DNA of 63,854 bases, filler included, from Basidiobolus meristosporus CBS 931.73 (taxonomy: Eukaryota > Fungi > Basidiobolomycota): the NCBI GenBank assembly GCA_002104905.1. It is 3 parts of 3 records of this genome, joined end to end, with 100 filler letters (N's around TTAATTAATTAA, not from the genome) between each part and the next. Parts side by side here need not be neighbours in the genome. Positions count along the whole stretch, not along the records: positions 38,228 to 63,854 come from MCFE01000927.1; 2 more parts are not named here. One strand, 5' to 3'. The position numbers were made by a program, and so were the translations under genes. The notes beneath the pieces are model-generated. The model was not told the DNA's origin. It ran no database searches and saw only the letters and a list, made by a program, of their open reading frames with translations. Every line of letters begins with the position of its first letter. Positions within the stretch are counted from its first letter, which is position 1. Below, in pieces: positions 57,528 to 63,854 of the stretch.

Positions 57528-58814
57528 ATAAAGCAAGGAAAGCACTATTCTGAGCAACATAAGTAAGATTGAGTAAAATTACCAGTAACTGTATCATACC
57601 ACTGGCATCATGGTAGAAATTATAGTGCCAGATAGTGCCGTAGAGTGCCAGATTGATCCGGCACTATAAACCGGCTGGCACTATGTGGCACTATCCAACG
57701 GAACAAGTCTACTGATTACCCACACATTGGGGCTGCTAAGCTTCTTAATGCCATTTGTATAGGTATCTCCATGTGTACATCTGTCCTCAGTATTTTTCAA
57801 CCCTTCCTTTCAGTCTGCCATGTGCCAACTTTTGACATCCATGACACACTTGAAGGTAATATTCTTGATGAGATTGGGTTATGGTAGTACTTGAAACTTG
57901 ACTTGTCTTCCTATTTCCCCACACATTTGCTCCATAGGAAACTCCCAAAAGGTGAAGTAAGGTCCAATATTCTCAGCACACAAAGCAAGATGGAGTAGCA
58001 AATATGCACATTAGTAGCAGAGATGTATGCATTCAGCTTTATGTTTGTAATATAGCTGCTTAAGCCCAGTCACAAACTCTTTGCACAAAAGCTGTATATG
58101 CATGGCATTGGCATTGGTGATCAGCTTATGAATAAATATTCCTGCAATGTCCCCATATGATTCCCAATGCTTCCAATGTACTCCTGATAGAATTGGATTT
58201 AGAAGGCCACTTGATAAATAAATATCTAATTCATCCAGTCTTTGCATTTGTATTGTTGCATATGCATATGAATGTTGATTGGAGCCAGTGAGTAGTGCTT
58301 AGGGTAGCAGATACTCTGTAATATCTTGCCAACTCTTTCAAATTTTTCCAGCATCTCAAGGGGCTCATTGAGCTTGAAATGCCCCATAAACAACTTGGTC
58401 TTTAGTATAAGGATATTGGTGAAAAGCAAATGCATTGCTCACAGTGGAATGCTTTTGCTTCATCAGATACCCTCTATCTTAAGTATCTCTGGTTTCCAAT
58501 TAATCTCATATTCTGGCCAATAACTTATAGCTTGCTAACTTTGCTGCAATCACATGCAGACTTCTGCATGTTCTCTTGGTGGAAAGATGCTGTTCTTAGT
58601 GTTAGTGTTTGGGTAAAAATAATGTGTGTAAGTTTTGTAGTAAGTCCCCTGGATCTCACACATTTGAAAGCAATACCAATCATTGTGCCCAGAAAAGCTG
58701 GCTATCTTGCTGATGGCTGGGGTATCTCCAAATGCATATAATAATATGTGCTTTGACATGACAGCCATTTACTGTTATCTCACTGGAAAGTATTCAAGAT
58801 TCCTCCCGCATGAT

Positions 58815-58963
58815 GGGTGAAGCACAGGGGCTGCTTAGTAAGAAGATGAACAACTATATTTCACACTCTGCAGCCAAGTGTAGGTCTGCTCAGCCTCCCT
58901 GGCATGCTAAGGCATTATTTGCCACTAATGGCTCAATGTGGCACTATCCAATGGAACAAGCCT
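58815..58963 (+). mobile_element. Isolated right-end fragment of the PHIS MITE
   Basis: ...GGCTCAATGTGGCACTATCCAATGGAACAAGCCT. Confidence 0.7.
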
Positions 58964-58989
58964 TAAAGCTTCACACTATATGTAGATAA

Positions 58990-61030
58990 CCACAAATTGG
59001 TTAAGGTGCTCATGGAATATATCATTCATCAGGTGTTGAAAAGTCAGCTGAGGCATTGGTGAGGCCAAAGGACATAACTTTTTACTCAAAGTGACCATAT
59101 CTTGTCCTGAAGGCAGTTTTCCATTCATCACCAGGCTTGATCCTTACAAGGTTATAAGCTCCTCTGAGGTCGGTTTTAGTAAATAATTGGGCAGCAGAGA
59201 GCTGATCCAACAGGGTATTGATCCAGTGCAAAGGGTACTGGTTCTTGATTGAGATCTTAATCAGTGCGCAGAAGTCTAAACACATTCTTAGAGTACCTTC
59301 CTTTTTTTTGACAAAGAGTATTGGGCAATCAGCTGGGGGCTTGGAAAACTGAATAAACCTCTCTGGAGGTTTTCTTGGATATAGCAGTGGAGTTCTCTCA
59401 ACTCAGGTTGCAAGAGGTTGTGGATAGGGCCAAAAGGTGGGGGTTTTCCAACTTCAAGGTCAATGGGACATTAATAGAGTCTATGTGCTGGGAGTAGGTC
59501 TGCTTTCTTCTTATCAAAGTTATGGGCAAACTCTTGATACTGGCAGGTATTCCATTGGAGGGGGTTCCTTCAGTGATGATGGGCTCATGGGTCTGGAGTA
59601 GCTGGGGAAAAAATACTTCTTCACCTGAGAAGTCAGGTACTTTCACAGAGTTGACCTGATGAACTCTGAGGAATATCAGAGTTTTGGTCTTTCAGTTGAT
59701 AGCTGGGTTATGGTGACTAAGCCAGGGGCTTCCAAGGACTATGGGGTAGTGGGGGGAGTTGATGATGTTGAAGGCCATTATCTTATGGTGGCCAGTACTG
59801 GACAGCTGGAGTAGACATGTCTCACAGGTAACAGCACTAGAGGAAAGGGATCTTCCATCCATGACTTCTACTTGGAGAGGGCAGGATTTCAGGATGGTGG
59901 GAATTTTGTGCTTCTGGGCAAAGAACTGGTCAATGAAGCAGGAGGAAGCACCAGTTTCTATGAGGGCAAGGACATGGACAGGACTGAACTCAGGGATATG
60001 GATGTTGACAGGCATTCATGAGGACTGGTTGGATTTGGTAGCAAGTGATGTTTCTTGAGTGTGTTGAATTTTCATTGGAGGATCAAGTTGCAAGCCTGTC
60101 ATTGTGACTGGACACTGGAGTTTCCCAACAATTCTGGAGAAGGCTGTTCAATGGACAATTGCAGGAATTTGATGCTGGACCTCTTGTTGGGGCAAGACTT
60201 GGCATGTGGCCTTATTAGCCACAGTACAGACAGAGTTTGCCTGCTGATGTCTAGATCTTTCTTTGTTTGTAAGTCTCTTGTATTTGGCACAGTCAATTTG
60301 CATAGGATCATTTGGCTTAGTACTGGGTGACTGGATTACTAGGAAGGAGACTGGCTGATAAGTATGTCAGAACTTTTGTTTTGTCTGGAAAAGGCAATTG
60401 TGATATTGGCTTGCTTGATGTATTGCTTCACCCAAGGTAGATGGGTCAGGGAGTGTAAGTAGTAGGCCACTGACTTCATCATTGAGTCCATCTTGAAACT
60501 GACTGATTAGGGCAGCATCACCCCAAGGGCTCAAGCCACTGGCTAGAAGCTGAAATTTGGAAGCATAGGCAGATGCAGGTCTGTCTCCTTACTTCAAGTT
60601 CTTGATCTTGTTGGCAGTAGCTCTGGCCTGGTTGATGTTGCCAAACATTAGCTCTATTTCTGTAAGCAAGGCATTGTAGTCACTAAGTAGAGGGAAGTTG
60701 GCTTCCACCAAGAGGGAGAATTACTTCTGGGCAGTTCCAGTGAACAGGTTAGAGATATAATCATTTTTGCTTGATCTATTGGGAACCAATTGGGTTGTGG
60801 CAACAAGTGGTGTTTGACTATGTTGATGAAACCTTGGAACCCATTTTGGGAGCCATTGAGCTTTGTAGTGGAGGTGATCTTGGGATCATGGTGGGAGGGA
60901 GTATGTCTAGGTTGTTGAGTATTTTGGCTCTGAAGCAGAACAACAGTGTTTTTGAGATCTGGATTGTCTTGTTGCAGCTGGGTAAAGGCAGCCATGACAC
61001 TTTCAAGCTTGTACTCTGGACTGGACATGT
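58990..61030 (-). mobile_element. Decayed Ty3/gypsy (Tf2-like) gag-protease-RT fragment
   Basis: ALIETGASSCFID protease; [50 protein letters not shown]. Confidence 0.8.
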
Positions 61031-61399
61031 TGGGGTTGCAGGAGGTGGAGAGGTTTCTCGAGCCTGCTCAGAAATACTGGATACTACTAGCTAATATGAG
61101 GGTAATAAGGCCACTTGTTTGTCAAGAATACAAATATTGAGCCACAATCCCCAATTTTGAATAAGTTAGCATCACTTCAGAAGGTACTAGCTTCAACATC
61201 CAATGATAAATATTATACTAAAGCTTCCAATACTGTAACAACTGTAAACTTCACCAGCAGGGCAATAAAGAGAATGCAGCTTTGGCTAATAATTTTACAA
61301 AGATGAAGTATCTATGCCTTCAGAGAACAACACTAGGGAAAGATCCAGAGTGATATTTACAGTAGGTATTCCTTTATAAGTTCTTCTCAAGAACTTTAG

Positions 61400-62392
61400 G
61401 TAGTAGGCAGAGACCTTTTTCTGGGCACAATGAATGGTATTGCTGTCAAATGCATGAGATCCAGGGGACATACTCCATCACTCACACACATTATTATTAC
61501 CCAAACACCAGCACTAAGAACATCATCTTCCCACAGAGAAAACATACAGAAGTCAGCATGCAAATGCAGCAAAGTTGGCAAGCTAAAAGCCATTGGCCAG
61601 AATATGGAATCAATTGGAAACCAGAGATACATAAGATAGAGGGTTTCTGTTTGAGCAAAAGCTTTCTGCTGGAAGCAATGCATTTGCTTTTCAACAATAT
61701 CCCTATACTGATGACCAAGTTGTACATGGGGCATTTCAAGCTAAATTAGCCCTTTGAGATTCTGGAGAAATTTGAAAGAATTGGCAAGATATTACAGAGT
61801 ATCTGCTACACTAAGTACTTCTCACAGGCTCCATTCAATATTGATATTCATATGAGACAATACAAATGCAAAGACTGGATGAGCTGGATATGTATTTATT
61901 CAAGTGGCATTCTGAAGCCATTCCTACCTAGAGTACATTGGAAGCATTGGGAGTCATATGTGGACATTGTAGGGATATTTATCCAGAAGCAGATCACCAA
62001 TGCCAACTTGACGCATCTATAGCTGTTGTGCAACATGTTTGTGACAGGATTTGAGTGACTATAATCCAAGCATAAAGCTGAATGTGTAGATCTCTGCTGC
62101 TACTGTATCATTTCTCTACTCCATCTTGCATGGTGTGTGGAGAATATTGGGTCTTGCTTCACCTTTTGGGAGTTTCTTATGGAGCACATGTGTGGGGAGA
62201 TAGGATGATTAGTCAAGTTGAAGGTACTGCCATATCCCAATCTTATCAAGAATATCACCTTCAAGTCTGTCATGGATGTGATAAGTTGGCACATGGAGGA
62301 CGGACAGGAAGAGTTGGAAAATACTGAGGATAAATGTGCACATGGTGACACCTATACCTATGGCATTAAGAAGCTATGCAGCCCCAATGCAT
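61400..62392 (+). mobile_element. CACTA/EnSpm transposase relic (plus strand)
   Basis: ORFs 61450-61749 and 62218-62400 parallel those at 27240-28900. Confidence 0.72.
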
Positions 62393-63854
62393 TGTGGTGG
62401 TGTATAGGCCCAAGGGAGAGATACGTCCAGCACTTCTCAAGTGTTTTGAGTGTGGGGTGCTCACTGGGTGCAATAACCACTGGCAAAAGCTTGCTAGGAA
62501 TACTTGGGTTCTGTCTCTAATCTAATGTGAAGGGGAATAAAGCCACAAGCTTGTCAAGGGAAAACAATTGAGCTACAATCCCCAACTTAGTTGGCATCTT
62601 AACAAAAGTATGTGCTGGGTTCAGTGTCCTTTGAGATGACAATGTACTAAAGCTTCCAAAGTCAAAACAACTGTAAACTCCACAAGCAGGGACTTGATAA
62701 GAATGCAGCTGTGGTCAATGATTACAAAGACAGAAAAGTATCTTTGCCTGTACAAGAACAAACTTGGGAAAGAATCAAATATAATAAAAGATACCTACTC
62801 TGAGTATTCCTCACAAGTAATGCCTTCAAGATCAGTTGGCTGTCAGCATGGTTTCTTGGGAGTGTCCTGTGGTTGGAAGTTCAGGTAGCAGCAGGTAGCA
62901 GTGATCACACTAATCAACAAGTTGGTATATTGATAAAAGGGATGATGATTTATTGTTGAGGGATAGCCTCCCTTATATACTTTTCTTACTGGCTAAGTGA
63001 TTACTAGTCATGGTGTTCCAGAAGGTTCTGGATATCAGTAGAATTCTTAATGACATCAGAATGACCTACAAATGTTCTAAGTAGGTGCCGGAAGGTTCTG
63101 AGAGGCACAGCACATCCAACTAATCAGGAATTAGTATTCTGAAACCTGTGTAACATAGGGATACCATATATGGTATGGAAGTGGTAGGGATGGTGACACA
63201 GGCTGATCAGGTGTCATGGGTACTGGCACGGGTACTTGCCTAATATAGAAGCCCTTATAGCTAGTAATCTTACATAAAGTGAGGGGTAACTTATGCAATA
63301 AGGTAAGCAGGTGTGATAGTCAACCGGCTTATGTGATAGTACTGATCAGGTAAGACAAATGGGATGAAACTAAAATAAGTGTAGTAGAGATATAGGGAAG
63401 TAGAAAATATGGGAATGAGCACATCTGTCAGTGGGTGTCACTGTCACCCTACTACATACACCCCCCTCTCAGCTTTGAGCTTGGGTCAAAGAAAACTAAT
63501 CTTGATGTGCAAAATTCCTATGCTTGAATAACTTAAGTTGGTTTCCTGCAACTGGTGCTCTCAACTGGGTGTTGTCAAGCTTGGATATGTAATAAACTTC
63601 CATTTCCAATCACTTTGGAAATGAGGTAGAGGCCAGTCCATTTGTTGTCAAACTTCCAACTCCATTGTTTGTCCAAGGTGGAATCATAGAGTAATACTGG
63701 ATCTCCTAGAGATAGCGGTGTTGGTCTTGTTGGGTGTGATTTGTCAAAAGAGCACCTTGTTTTTCAGTTGTGTATCCTTAAGTTGTTCAGCAGCTCTGCT
63801 GATATTCAAGTCATGGTGGATCAAGTTGTTGTATGCAAGTTGCAAGGAGGTCCT
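62393..63854 (-). mobile_element. 3' LTR (62393-63456), PPT and integrase tail of the long-LTR gypsy family
   Basis: Reverse complement of LTR 35434-36504; PPT AGAGGGGGG adjacent; KFDNKWTGLY integrase C-terminal motif. Confidence 0.85.

Larger units (their letters stand above)
54299..57710. mobile_element. PHIS/Pangu-like transposon, copy 2
   Basis: TIRs AGACTTGTTCCAT/ACGGAACAAGTCT; TSD ACT/ACT. Removing it restores the target seen at ~27235-27250. Confidence 0.92.
53440..58790 (-). mobile_element. CACTA/EnSpm transposase relic split by PHIS copy 2
   Basis: Flanks 53440-54298 and 57711-58790 join to match 26380-29050; GDTPAISKIA motif at 58550-58768. Confidence 0.75.

Overview
Eukaryotic, probably fungal, DNA (GTAAGT/CTAAC/TAG intron, TTAGGG telomere). 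It consists of three contigs joined by artificial 100-nt N44-TTAATTAATTAA-N44 linkers (1-17266, 17367-38127, 38228-63854), so adjacency across the linkers means nothing. Contig 1 is a complete chromosome end: a cluster of four copies of an unknown secreted Cys/Tyr/Asn-rich protein gene, a copia element broken inside gag and capped with TTAGGG, a head-to-tail stack of minus-strand retroelements punctuated by telomere repeats, and finally (TTAGGG)35. The stack holds three element types that share one 3'-terminal module (plus strand: TAG5-9-AGRVAGTCACC-loop-GGTGAAATCTTTATTT...AAAGAAGCCA). (i) An autonomous APE-endonuclease/RT LINE whose ORF2 lacks an N-terminal AUG and is in frame with ORF1 across a single UGA-CUA. 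(ii) An ORF1-only (HeT-A-like) partner with 101-bp 5' monomers. (iii) A ~520-nt tRNA-headed Pol III SINE at the very tip. This looks like a LINE / ORF1-only / SINE telomere-targeted system coexisting with telomerase, and it is the main finding. Contig 2 begins with the 3' half of a peroxisomal adenine-nucleotide carrier (ANT1-like) gene. The rest of contigs 2 and 3 is a nested, CpG-depleted transposon graveyard: two copia families, several gypsy elements, CACTA/EnSpm transposase relics, and a two-gene PHIS (Harbinger-superfamily, Pangu-like) DNA transposon with 3-bp TSDs and foldback MITE derivatives.
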